Source: Candidatus Brocadiia bacterium (GTDB lineage Bacteria; Planctomycetota; Brocadiia; CAIUPP01). Taken from it: 64,000 bases of DNA. Both the position numbers and the translations under genes were made by a program. Under the pieces are notes generated by a model that saw only the letters and a list, made by a program, of their open reading frames with translations, was not told where the DNA came from and did not search any database. Positions 17,703-25,969 of the stretch are shown piece by piece (position 1 is the first letter of the stretch; every line of letters starts with the position of its first letter). The stretch covers positions 25,410 through 89,409 of the forward strand of contig JBEKCB010000020.1 of NCBI GenBank assembly GCA_050015075.1, given 5' to 3'.

Positions 17703-19133
17703 CTACTTTTTCGCCGGCGCTTTTCGCCACGCCTCAATGAACTTCTTGTCGGCGCGGGTTGATTCGAAGTAGCTCAGGAGGTCCGCCCGCAGCTCGGACA
17801 TGACGCCGGGGTGCTCCCGGGCGAGGTTTCTCTCCTGTTGCGGATCGGCGGCCATGTCGAACAGCAGCTCGACTTCAAGGCCGGCAGCGCGTTCCGTTTT
17901 CGCGTAGCCGTCAATGGCCTTATCGGCATGTTTCGCGCCGGCCACGGGTTTTCCGGGGCGGAGCATCGCGGCCCAGTGGTCTTTCCGGACGGTGGCGAAC
18001 ACCGTTTCCATTCCGATGAAGGGCACGCTCACGGCGAAGTCGCGATGGCGGTCCGGCCCGCCCGTGACGACGCCGGCGAACGACCGGCCGTTGACGGTCC
18101 TGGGGATCGGAACGTGCGCCAGTTCCAGGAGGGTCGGCATGATGTCCTGCGGCTGCACGACGGCGCTGCGCCGGCCGGCGCTTCCGCCGGGGACGTGAAT
18201 GATGAAGGGGATGTGGCTGATTTCCTCGTAGAGCGGGATGTATTTGAGCTGGCCCGGCTCCGGGAGGATCCCCTTGCCGATGATGCCGTGCTCGCCGAGG
18301 AGGAAGCCGTGGTCGGTCGTAAAGATGACGAGCGTATCGTCAAGCAGGTTAAGGTCGCTGATCTTCTGGAGCAGCCGGCCCGTCCAGCGGTCCACCAGGG
18401 TGACCTCGGCCGCGTACAGGGCGCGGCAATGGTTGAGTTCCTCCGGCGACAGGTAGCCCTTGACGCTGGCGTATCGCGGGTAGTCCACCACTTGGCCGGT
18501 GTAGCCGGGGTTGTAGCGCTCGACGTACCAGGGCGGCGCGTCCCACGGCTCATGCGGATCGAAGGTGTCCGTATAGAGGAAGAACGGCCCGTCGCGGTAG
18601 TTGTCCTCGAGCCACTCGCAGGCGCGGGTCATGGTCTGCGCGACGAAGGTGTCGGACTCGTAGCGCCGGGCGGCCACGGCGCGGCGATGGCGCTCGGCCA
18701 GCCGGGCGGCGCCGCGGATTTTCTTCGGGTCGCAAGGGGATTCCGGGCGCCTGGGGTGCGTCTTCCAGCGGTCGGACTCCTGGCCGCGGATCCATTCCCA
18801 CGACTGGAAGCCCCGGTCGAAGTAATACCCGTTCTCCAGGATGTGCGGGCAATCGGTCACCATGGCGGTGGCGTAGCCGGCGTCGGAGAGCACCTGCGAG
18901 ATCACCGTCTCCTTCTCCGTCATCGGCGCCCAGCCGGTGTAGGCGGCGGTGAAGCAGCCGGTCATCACGTCGCGCCGGTTCGGGACCGTAGGGAAACTGG
19001 CGCTGTACGCGTTCTCAAACACCTGGGCGGTGCGCGCGAAGGCGTCGAGGTGCGGCGTGCTGATCCAGCGGTTCCCGTAACAGCCGGCATGGTCGCGGCG
19101 GAACGTGTCGGAGACGATGACGATGAAATTCAT
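17703..19133 (-). CDS. Sulfatase-fold (alkaline phosphatase superfamily) hydrolase with Thr at the nucleophile position
   Basis: IVSDTFRRD, STPHLD, FPTVPNR..MTG, FDPHEPW, TTDHG..LGEHG. Confidence 0.9.
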   Translation of the reverse strand: MNFIVIVSDTFRRDHAGCYGNRWISTPHLDAFARTAQVFENAYSASFPTVPNRRDVMTGCFTAAYTGWAPMTEKETVISQVLSDAGYATAMVTDCPHILENGYYFDRGFQSWEWIRGQESDRWKTHPRRPESPCDPKKIRGAARLAERHRRAVAARRYESDTFVAQTMTRACEWLEDNYRDGPFFLYTDTFDPHEPWDAPPWYVERYNPGYTGQVVDYPRYASVKGYLSPEELNHCRALYAAEVTLVDRWTGRLLQKISDLNLLDDTLVIFTTDHGFLLGEHGIIGKGILPEPGQLKYIPLYEEISHIPFIIHVPGGSAGRRSAVVQPQDIMPTLLELAHVPIPRTVNGRSFAGVVTGGPDRHRDFAVSVPFIGMETVFATVRKDHWAAMLRPGKPVAGAKHADKAIDGYAKTERAAGLEVELLFDMAADPQQERNLAREHPGVMSELRADLLSYFESTRADKKFIEAWRKAPAKK

Positions 19134-19188
19134 GCGGAGGTTCCCTTCGAGGACGCGGAGACACACGCCCTATTATCGCCCCGCACTC

Positions 19189-19294
19189 TCGAACTGCGGC
19201 CCTGTTCGCCAGACGCATTTCATCCGCCGGCAGCGGCATTGCCAGGAAAAGCAGGAACAGGGCAATGTGGGGCGGTCTGTCAGGTCGTGTATCC
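19189..19294 (-). promoter_or_regulatory. Conserved upstream element, copy C (promoter hexamers degenerate: CTGGCA-N17-TGAAAT)
   Basis: Gap-free alignment to copy B. Confidence 0.7.
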
Positions 19295-19356
19295 CCGCCA
19301 AAATTCCTGACCGGCAGCGACCTGCCGGTCGCAGCCGGGAAATCGCGTCACAACCG

Positions 19357-19400
19357 AAAAGGGCTTGAGGGAAACAGTTCGCCTGCTCCCGCAAGCCCTT
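19357..19400 (-). terminator. Probable intrinsic terminator of the 19450-19884 gene
   Basis: AAAAGGGCTTGAGGGA...TCCCGCAAGCCCTT hairpin, giving a T-run on the minus strand. Confidence 0.55.
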
Positions 19401-19449
19401 GCTTCAGGTCGGCGGCCTGAAGCGGAAAGCACGGTCGCCCGCCGAGGCG

Positions 19450-19884
19450 CTACTTCGTGGTGGTCGCTTCGCCGGCGCCTGACGCCGGAGCAGCAACGTC
19501 GCTCGTAATCCTGACCATCCTGGCGATGTTGTCGGCAGTGCTGTAAGCCGCCATCACTTCCTGCCCGACCTTGAGTTCCTCGAACTTCACCTGCGGGGTG
19601 GGTCCGCGTCCACGCGGCGCATTGGTGGCTGCGGCGGCGGGCGCCACCGCTTTGAGGATGCGCGTCGTTTCGTTGCAGGTGATGACCACGTCCTTCGTCT
19701 CGCCATTAGCAGTCACCGCGATGGTGAGCGCCTGGCCGTCAATCTTGGTTATTTTTCCGGAGATGCGGGCGTACTGCTGGGCCATACGCGTGTTGGCGGG
19801 GGCGGACCCGGTGGCGGGCTGCGCCATGGCCGGGACTGCCAACGCTATTGCGACAACCACTGCTGCGACTGCGACGTACCTCAT
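19450..19884 (-). CDS. Small secreted protein, DUF5666/OB-fold-like
   Basis: Signal peptide (AMA-Q); ISGKITKIDG..LTI, FEELKVGQEV. Confidence 0.75.
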   Translation of the reverse strand: MRYVAVAAVVVAIALAVPAMAQPATGSAPANTRMAQQYARISGKITKIDGQALTIAVTANGETKDVVITCNETTRILKAVAPAAAATNAPRGRGPTPQVKFEELKVGQEVMAAYSTADNIARMVRITSDVAAPASGAGEATTTK

Positions 19885-20266
19885 GTTCTGCCCTTTCTTA
19901 TCTGAACCGGGACTTCCCGGCTGACTCGCAGTTCACGACCGCCGTGAACCTGCGAAGCCTAATTCTACCTTCCCCGGCTGAAAAAGCAAGCGAGATTCGC
20001 GTCCTAACTCGGTGACCAGCCTCACCCGACGGTCCGGCGTCAAGGGAGATGCCGCAGCGCGGCCGTCCCGCCGGCGCCCGAACCGCAGAGGAAGCCGTGC
20101 CGTTCCGCTCCGTCCGGCAGCGGCGGATGAGGCCGGGCGATCCGGGCGAAGGTCGGGTGCAATCCCATCGTGGATGCCGACGTGGCCCGCGTGGTCGAGT
20201 TCCACGACAAGTCAATCCGGGTCGAATCAACCTCGAATTGGCGCAGTCGGCAACAGCGATCGCAAC

Positions 20267-20295
20267 TTGACAAAGGCGATCTCTGGCGCTAGAAA
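20267..20295 (+). promoter_or_regulatory. Sigma70-type promoter TTGACA-N17-TAGAAA
   Basis: Upstream of the gene at 20384. Confidence 0.5.
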
Positions 20296-20383
20296 TGGAT
20301 AGAGGAGGCTTGGCCGGCACCGGGGCGCGCGGCCAAGGGGAATTCGGGGTTATTCAGGACGCGTGGAAGGGGGTAACCAAGCC

Positions 20384-22213
20384 ATGGTCCATGGAAGTGC
20401 GACGCGGCGTTTTAATTCTGCGGCCGTTTCTTTCTTTTGCCTGCTCGCCGCGTCCGCCGTCGCTCTGGCGGATGCGAAAGTCGAAGAACAACCCTTGAGC
20501 CCTGACGAGGGCGGCCTCGGCTGCGCCATCAGTTCGCACGGGGCGCATGCGGCCGTCCTGGCCGTCAAGGGCAGCCGCTTCGTCGTCCTGATTGACGGCG
20601 TTGAAGGGCCTCGCATTGAAGAGCTGCTTTCAAGCATCCAGGGCGCCCCGGTTTCCGGCGGCTACTGGATCGGGCAGGTTCCGATCCTGTTCTCCGACGG
20701 CGGCGAACACTGCGCCTACGTGGCGAAATCGGGCGATGATTACATTATTATGCTGGACGGCAAGGAAGCGGGGCGCGGCCCGATTTCCACCGGGGGGCAG
20801 ATCACGCTGCCTCTGACGTTTTCGCGCGGCGGCCGGCATTTCTTCTACATGAACCAGGATGACGCGGGCAAATACCATATCGTGGCGGACGGCCAGCCCG
20901 GTCCCGCGTGCTACATACCGATGCAGTTGGTCATCAGCCCCGACGGCGAGCATTATGCCTACGTCGGCTACGAGCATGACCGGGCGCAGACCAAATGGGG
21001 CGTAGTGGACGGCCGCCAGGTCAACTTTTTCGGCGAAGAGCTGCAGTTCACCGGCCGGAACGTTCTCGTCAGCAAAATGAGCGGCGACGGCGCGAACATC
21101 CTCGTCCTGAACGGCAAGCCCGAGATCAAGGCGTACCAGCTCAGCCCGATGTGGATCTCTCCGGACGGCCGCCAGATCGCCATCGTCGTCACGCCGCGGA
21201 GCGGCGATCCGAGCGAGTTCACCGTCAACGGGAAGGTCGTCCCGGATACGCAGGGACTGAGGGTTGACAGCCTGTATTTCAGCGCCGACGGCAAGCGATA
21301 TGCCGCGCTCTGCGAGACCCGGACCGGCAGCAAGTTCATGATCGTGGACGGCAAGCGCGGCGAGGAATATCAGGACATCCCGAACAGCCTGATTCCGGAC
21401 ACGCAGGCCCACTGGCGTTTCACGACCGCCAATGATCAGGTGACCGTCGCGAGCATGCAGCCGGTGACGCCGGCGTTCACCGCCGATTCCTCCAAGTTCG
21501 TCTATCTCGCCAAGCAAGGGGCGCGGTCTTTCCTGGTTGTGGATGGCCAGGAATCGAACGGCTTCGGGAACGTGATCTCGCTGATGTTGAGCTCCACCGG
21601 AAGCCGCGTCGGGATGCTGGCCGTCGCGCCCGACGGAAAGCAGCATGTGCTCGTGGACGACAAGGACCAGACGCTCACTTCGTTTCAGGCGGCGGGAGCG
21701 CAGCGGATCTCCTGCCTGACCTTCAGCCCCGGCCTGGCGCACTACGCTTACCTCTACGGCCAAAGGATCTGCCTCGACGGCGTCGCTCAGCCCGGCGTCA
21801 TCAACGGCGCGTCCTACGTCTTCAGCCCCGATGACCAGCATCTCGCCTACCCGGCCGAGCTGGCGGACCGCGGATGCTTCATCATGGACGGCAAGGTCGT
21901 CGCCGAGGATGTGTACTCGGTCAATTATGCGTTCTTCAGCCCCGACAGCCGGCATCTCTATTGGGTCTCGTCGTGGAACCTCCGGGCCCAGGGAACCAAG
22001 GACGCACACATGCTCTGCGTCGACGGCAAACCGGCGGCTCACTATTCCGAAGCCGGCGGCGGATTGCCCGTGAACTTTGAATTCTCCGCCGACGGCGTCC
22101 TGACGTTCGTGGCCCTCAAGGATGGGAAGCTCGTGCGCTTCCGCGTGACCCCGTCGGCCGACGCGAACGTCGGCACCATGCTGGCCGCCGCGCCGGTGGC
22201 CAAGGACAAGTGA
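20384..22213 (+). CDS. Secreted beta-propeller-like repeat protein (WD40/TolB-like)
   Basis: Signal peptide; many FSPDG..H.AY....V.DG repeats; start approximate. Confidence 0.75.
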   Translation: MVHGSATRRFNSAAVSFFCLLAASAVALADAKVEEQPLSPDEGGLGCAISSHGAHAAVLAVKGSRFVVLIDGVEGPRIEELLSSIQGAPVSGGYWIGQVPILFSDGGEHCAYVAKSGDDYIIMLDGKEAGRGPISTGGQITLPLTFSRGGRHFFYMNQDDAGKYHIVADGQPGPACYIPMQLVISPDGEHYAYVGYEHDRAQTKWGVVDGRQVNFFGEELQFTGRNVLVSKMSGDGANILVLNGKPEIKAYQLSPMWISPDGRQIAIVVTPRSGDPSEFTVNGKVVPDTQGLRVDSLYFSADGKRYAALCETRTGSKFMIVDGKRGEEYQDIPNSLIPDTQAHWRFTTANDQVTVASMQPVTPAFTADSSKFVYLAKQGARSFLVVDGQESNGFGNVISLMLSSTGSRVGMLAVAPDGKQHVLVDDKDQTLTSFQAAGAQRISCLTFSPGLAHYAYLYGQRICLDGVAQPGVINGASYVFSPDDQHLAYPAELADRGCFIMDGKVVAEDVYSVNYAFFSPDSRHLYWVSSWNLRAQGTKDAHMLCVDGKPAAHYSEAGGGLPVNFEFSADGVLTFVALKDGKLVRFRVTPSADANVGTMLAAAPVAKDK

Positions 22214-22234
22214 CCCCTTGAACCTTCAAAGGAC

Positions 22235-23290
22235 ATGCCCATGAAAAAGAATGCGTTGCGCAGTCTGGCGTTGCTCGGATTGGCCTGGGGGCTCTGCGCC
22301 GCGCTGGCGGTGGCCGCGCCGCCGGAAACCCTGTCGCTGGCCGACCTCGCCAATCGGCCGGACCACTGGCCGGCCACGGTCACGCTCCAGAGGGATCTTC
22401 GTTTCACCAGCGGGCTCGTCGTCCACCAGGGCGGGCAGCTCCGGCTGGTGCGTTTCGACGGCTCGCAGGCGCTGGTGGCTGATGCCGCCGGTCATCTGTT
22501 CAAGGTCATGCCCGATGATTGCGGGCTGCTCGACGCCGCAAACCAGGCGTGGGCGGCGCTCACCCCGGCGCAACGGGCCGTCGCCCCGGAAACGCTCGCC
22601 GGCGACCTTTCTCTCTGGCCCGTGCGGGTCGCCGTGAATTCCGAGATCTCCTGCACTTTGGGGAAGCTGCCCGCCGGGACTGAGGTGACGCTGCTGACGG
22701 CCTCCCAAAAGGGCGCGGACGTGGCCTGGCCGAATTCCGCCAATCGGCTTTCCATTGATTTCGGCAGCATTGACCTGATCGCGCGCGCGCGGCAACTGGC
22801 CCTGATCGCTCCGGACCAGCGCCCCTCGCGCATCGCCGCGGCCCTTCAAGGCATCCTCGTGGGCGCGGACGGAAAGCCGTATCACGACGAGCATCTAGGC
22901 GACAAGAAGATCTTCGCGCTCTATTTCGGCGCCGGCTGGTGCCCGCCCTGCCAGGTCTTCTCGCCGGATTTCGTGAAATTCGTCCATGACGCCATGCCCC
23001 GGCATCCCGAGCTGGCGGTCGTCTTCCTGAGCTCCGACAAGCAAGTCGCCGACATGCTCGCCTACATGCAGAAGGAAGAAATGACTTTCCCGGCCGTGCC
23101 TCCGAAAGTCTTGACTCATTCGAACCCGCTCTCGGATTACGAGGTCCAGCTCATCCCGCACCTGATCATCGTGGACCGTTTCGGAAAGGTGCTGGCCGAC
23201 AGCGATGACGGCCACGGCAATCGCATTGACCCGATGGACACGGTCGCGGCCCTCGGCAAAATCCTGGCGGCTCCGCCGAGCGCACAGTGA
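22235..23290 (+). CDS. Secreted nucleoredoxin/tryparedoxin-like thioredoxin-domain protein
   Basis: Signal peptide; ALYFGAGWCPPCQ.F.P, VFLSSD, IPHLIIVD..G. Confidence 0.85.
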   Translation: MPMKKNALRSLALLGLAWGLCAALAVAAPPETLSLADLANRPDHWPATVTLQRDLRFTSGLVVHQGGQLRLVRFDGSQALVADAAGHLFKVMPDDCGLLDAANQAWAALTPAQRAVAPETLAGDLSLWPVRVAVNSEISCTLGKLPAGTEVTLLTASQKGADVAWPNSANRLSIDFGSIDLIARARQLALIAPDQRPSRIAAALQGILVGADGKPYHDEHLGDKKIFALYFGAGWCPPCQVFSPDFVKFVHDAMPRHPELAVVFLSSDKQVADMLAYMQKEEMTFPAVPPKVLTHSNPLSDYEVQLIPHLIIVDRFGKVLADSDDGHGNRIDPMDTVAALGKILAAPPSAQ

Positions 23291-23368
23291 TCGCTCCGCT
23301 GCTGCGCATAGCATAGAGCAGGAGCGCGACGCCTTCTCCTTTTCTGGCGCCCCGTTTTACTTGGCGCC

Positions 23369-23415
23369 CCGCGGCACAACTACGTATTGCGTAGTAGTGC
23401 CGCGGTTTTTCTTTT
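23369..23415 (+). terminator. Intrinsic terminator
   Basis: CCGCGGCACAACTACG-tattg-CGTAGTAGTGCCGCGG followed by TTTTTCTTTT. Confidence 0.8.
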
Positions 23416-23468
23416 GATACTTTGCTCTGGTGGGGCAGTGCGCTAAGTCGCGCGCCCGCGGCGCAACG

Positions 23469-23681
23469 TCACCACGGCCATCTGTCCTCGAGTGGTTTGT
23501 AGAGACGATAGAGCCACGTATCCGTCTGCGGGTGCGACTGCTCTTTCGCCACGTCCAGCAGTCCCGAGTAGTGGAGAAAAAGGAACCCGGCCAGGTAGAG
23601 CACGCATAGTGTGGCAAGAAGCAGTATGAGCTTCCTCAGAGCCAGGCCGCGGCATCTTCTCATTGGGATCCGGTGATACAC
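23469..23681 (-). CDS. Small hypothetical membrane protein
   Basis: One clear TM segment (LILLLATLCVLYLAGFLFL); starts 3 bp after the upstream gene's stop. Confidence 0.5.
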   Translation of the reverse strand: MYHRIPMRRCRGLALRKLILLLATLCVLYLAGFLFLHYSGLLDVAKEQSHPQTDTWLYRLYKPLEDRWPW

Positions 23682-23684
23682 GGC

Positions 23685-25154
23685 CTACTTCCAAGTCGTC
23701 TCCGCCGGCGGAGTTTTCTCTCCATCCGGGCCCGGCGGGATGTGGTCGCGATATTTGCGCCACATTTCCATCATGAATGAATCCCACGTCTGCCTTTGCC
23801 AGCAATAGTCGGGATAGGTCAGTCCGCCGGCAGGATAGGGACGAAAATTGGTTTGGGTCTGGATGGTCTTCAGGAACTGCGTATCGTCCTCCGTCATCCA
23901 GCGATCCACATAGCTGAAGAACGCGTCATGGTCCCAGTATTTTTCCGCATGCATAAGCCTGGCCGCCAGGGCTTCGCCCATCCATGCAAGACTCGTGCAG
24001 CCGCGGCGGTACGCTTCGTTCATGCCGGGCTCCTCCGGGTCAATCGGCCAGTCCTTGGGCTGAAGATGTTCGTACTGGCCCCAGCCGGGCGTTTTCGTAT
24101 TGACATCATGCCCGTTCTTGTCAACTCCCATATGCCCCGCATAAACCACCTCCGCTCCGGTCCAGCAGCGCCTGTACAAGGTCTGCATGTCTTCCCCGAA
24201 CTGGCAGTTTGGGTAACTCTTGTTAGGCGACGCCATTGCGTCGTCGCCCAGCATGATCCCGGCAAATACAATCGGCCACTTCCTTCCCGACCCATGTCCG
24301 CCGTGAGCCTGCCAGCCGTGGAAGCCTGCTCTCACAATACCCCACAGATCAATTCCGTTCTGAACGAAACCAATCAGGAGCTTCTCTTTTTTCGCCGGCG
24401 GCAGATCGGTCATTAGAATCAAGCTGGCCAGGCTGGCGGACCGGGCTAACTCTCTTCCATACTGGGGCTGGTATTCCATCGGGGCGTCGAAGGAAAAGAA
24501 AACCAGATCGAGCCACACGCGGATGTAGTGATCCTCAATCTCCTTCATCGTCACCATATCCTGCTCGGTGCTGAAAGTGTCTTTGCCGTAAGGCAAACTG
24601 GGCAAAAGGTTCCTTTTTAGATTGCTTGCCCGGTAGATTTTCTGGGACCGGTCGCAATAGGACGGACGAAAGGCATCCGCCGGCACAGCCGCAGCGAGAC
24701 AAGTGAGCACGCAAGCGCTTTTCACCGGGCAGGGCGACTTGTCGGCCCTTCGAAGCCAGTTAGGAAGTTTCCCGAATTCAGCATCGGTCGCGCTGATCGT
24801 GGAGATCAGCGCATCGCCGGGCTTCATGTGAATCGGGAGAGAAGCGCACATCTTGGCGTCAAAACGACCTCCCTCTTCACGACTGTCATATCCGCTGGCG
24901 CCGTCCGAAAGCGGCGGATTCAACTCGCTTCCATTTCGCCCGTTTCCCGGCGGAGGAGTGATTGAAACCACTTCACAGTTCCCCACAACATAATAATCGC
25001 CGGTGACAAACCGCCCGACCTCAACCGGTTCACTTAGTTTCCATGTGATCCCGTATTGGGTAATGGTGTCCGTTTTCTCAGCGCGGGCGTTCTGACTGAA
25101 CACACCTAACAGAATGGCTGCGATGATCGCAACTGCGTACTTAGATACGCGCAT
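23685..25154 (-). CDS. Secreted hypothetical protein, 489 aa
   Basis: AGGAGG RBS, signal peptide (ARA-E), TITQYGITW, GGHGSGRKWPI; lower GC than its neighbours. Confidence 0.85.
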   Translation of the reverse strand: MRVSKYAVAIIAAILLGVFSQNARAEKTDTITQYGITWKLSEPVEVGRFVTGDYYVVGNCEVVSITPPPGNGRNGSELNPPLSDGASGYDSREEGGRFDAKMCASLPIHMKPGDALISTISATDAEFGKLPNWLRRADKSPCPVKSACVLTCLAAAVPADAFRPSYCDRSQKIYRASNLKRNLLPSLPYGKDTFSTEQDMVTMKEIEDHYIRVWLDLVFFSFDAPMEYQPQYGRELARSASLASLILMTDLPPAKKEKLLIGFVQNGIDLWGIVRAGFHGWQAHGGHGSGRKWPIVFAGIMLGDDAMASPNKSYPNCQFGEDMQTLYRRCWTGAEVVYAGHMGVDKNGHDVNTKTPGWGQYEHLQPKDWPIDPEEPGMNEAYRRGCTSLAWMGEALAARLMHAEKYWDHDAFFSYVDRWMTEDDTQFLKTIQTQTNFRPYPAGGLTYPDYCWQRQTWDSFMMEMWRKYRDHIPPGPDGEKTPPAETTWK

Positions 25155-25184
25155 GGTCGCCTCCTGCTATAGAACCCCGGGATA

Positions 25185-25952
25185 TTATCGCGTAAAGATG
25201 AGGTTCTGCACCTTCCCTTCGGTATAGTCAATGATGTCGGCATTGTGCAAGGTCCAGCCGGCCGCGAAAAACAGGCTCTTGACCCGCGACGCGACGTCCT
25301 GGTACATGCAGACCTCGATCAGCACGCTCTTCAGGCGGGCGTCGTTCAGCACGCGGGCCGCGCCGCGGGCGACCTGCTCCTCGAGCCCGTCCACGTCCAC
25401 CTTGATATGGGTCGGAAAAGGCAGGCCGAACCGGCCGGTCAGGTCGTCGAGCGAGACGCCCATCATGCCCTGGCGGTTCTTCGGAGTGAAGGGCTTCTCG
25501 CACTGCGTGACGGGCCGGCCATACGTGTGGAGCGAGGCGCCCGGCGCGAAGGACTTCACGTAGAAGAAGTCCATGCCGGTCTGGTCCGTGATCGCCAGGC
25601 AGTGAGCGGTTACGGCTTCCGATAGGCCGTTCAGGACGATGTTCCGGTTCAGCCGGGCGTAATTGAGGGCCTCCGGCTCGAAGGCGAGCACGCGGCAGTT
25701 CCCGTTCAATCGCTTGGCCGCATAGAGCCCGTACTGGCCGATATTGGCGCCGACGTCATAGAGGACGTCGCCCTCATGCACAAATGAATCTATCCACGCG
25801 ATCGTGTCGGGCTCCTTGGTGGCGTAGGTGTCCGCGCGCCAGCGCTCGAAGCTCATCGTCTCGCCCGGCCAGACTTCCGAATCCACGTGCAGAAGGACGG
25901 ACACGTCGCCGATCCTGCACGATACGACATCGCCCATCTTGTCTGCGGCCAT
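25185..25952 (-). CDS. FkbM family SAM-dependent methyltransferase
   Basis: KEPDTIAWI, VLYDVGANIGQY, AFEPE, HIKVDVDG.E; AGGAG RBS before ATG 25952. Confidence 0.9.
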   Translation of the reverse strand: MAADKMGDVVSCRIGDVSVLLHVDSEVWPGETMSFERWRADTYATKEPDTIAWIDSFVHEGDVLYDVGANIGQYGLYAAKRLNGNCRVLAFEPEALNYARLNRNIVLNGLSEAVTAHCLAITDQTGMDFFYVKSFAPGASLHTYGRPVTQCEKPFTPKNRQGMMGVSLDDLTGRFGLPFPTHIKVDVDGLEEQVARGAARVLNDARLKSVLIEVCMYQDVASRVKSLFFAAGWTLHNADIIDYTEGKVQNLIFTR

Positions 25953-25969
25953 CCCCGGAACTCCTAATA

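Noticed and set aside
23345-23371. Twice-repeated TGGCGCCCC resembling a reversed tRNA 3' end or att site
   Set aside because: Only 9 bp in GC-rich DNA, with no cloverleaf and no integrase
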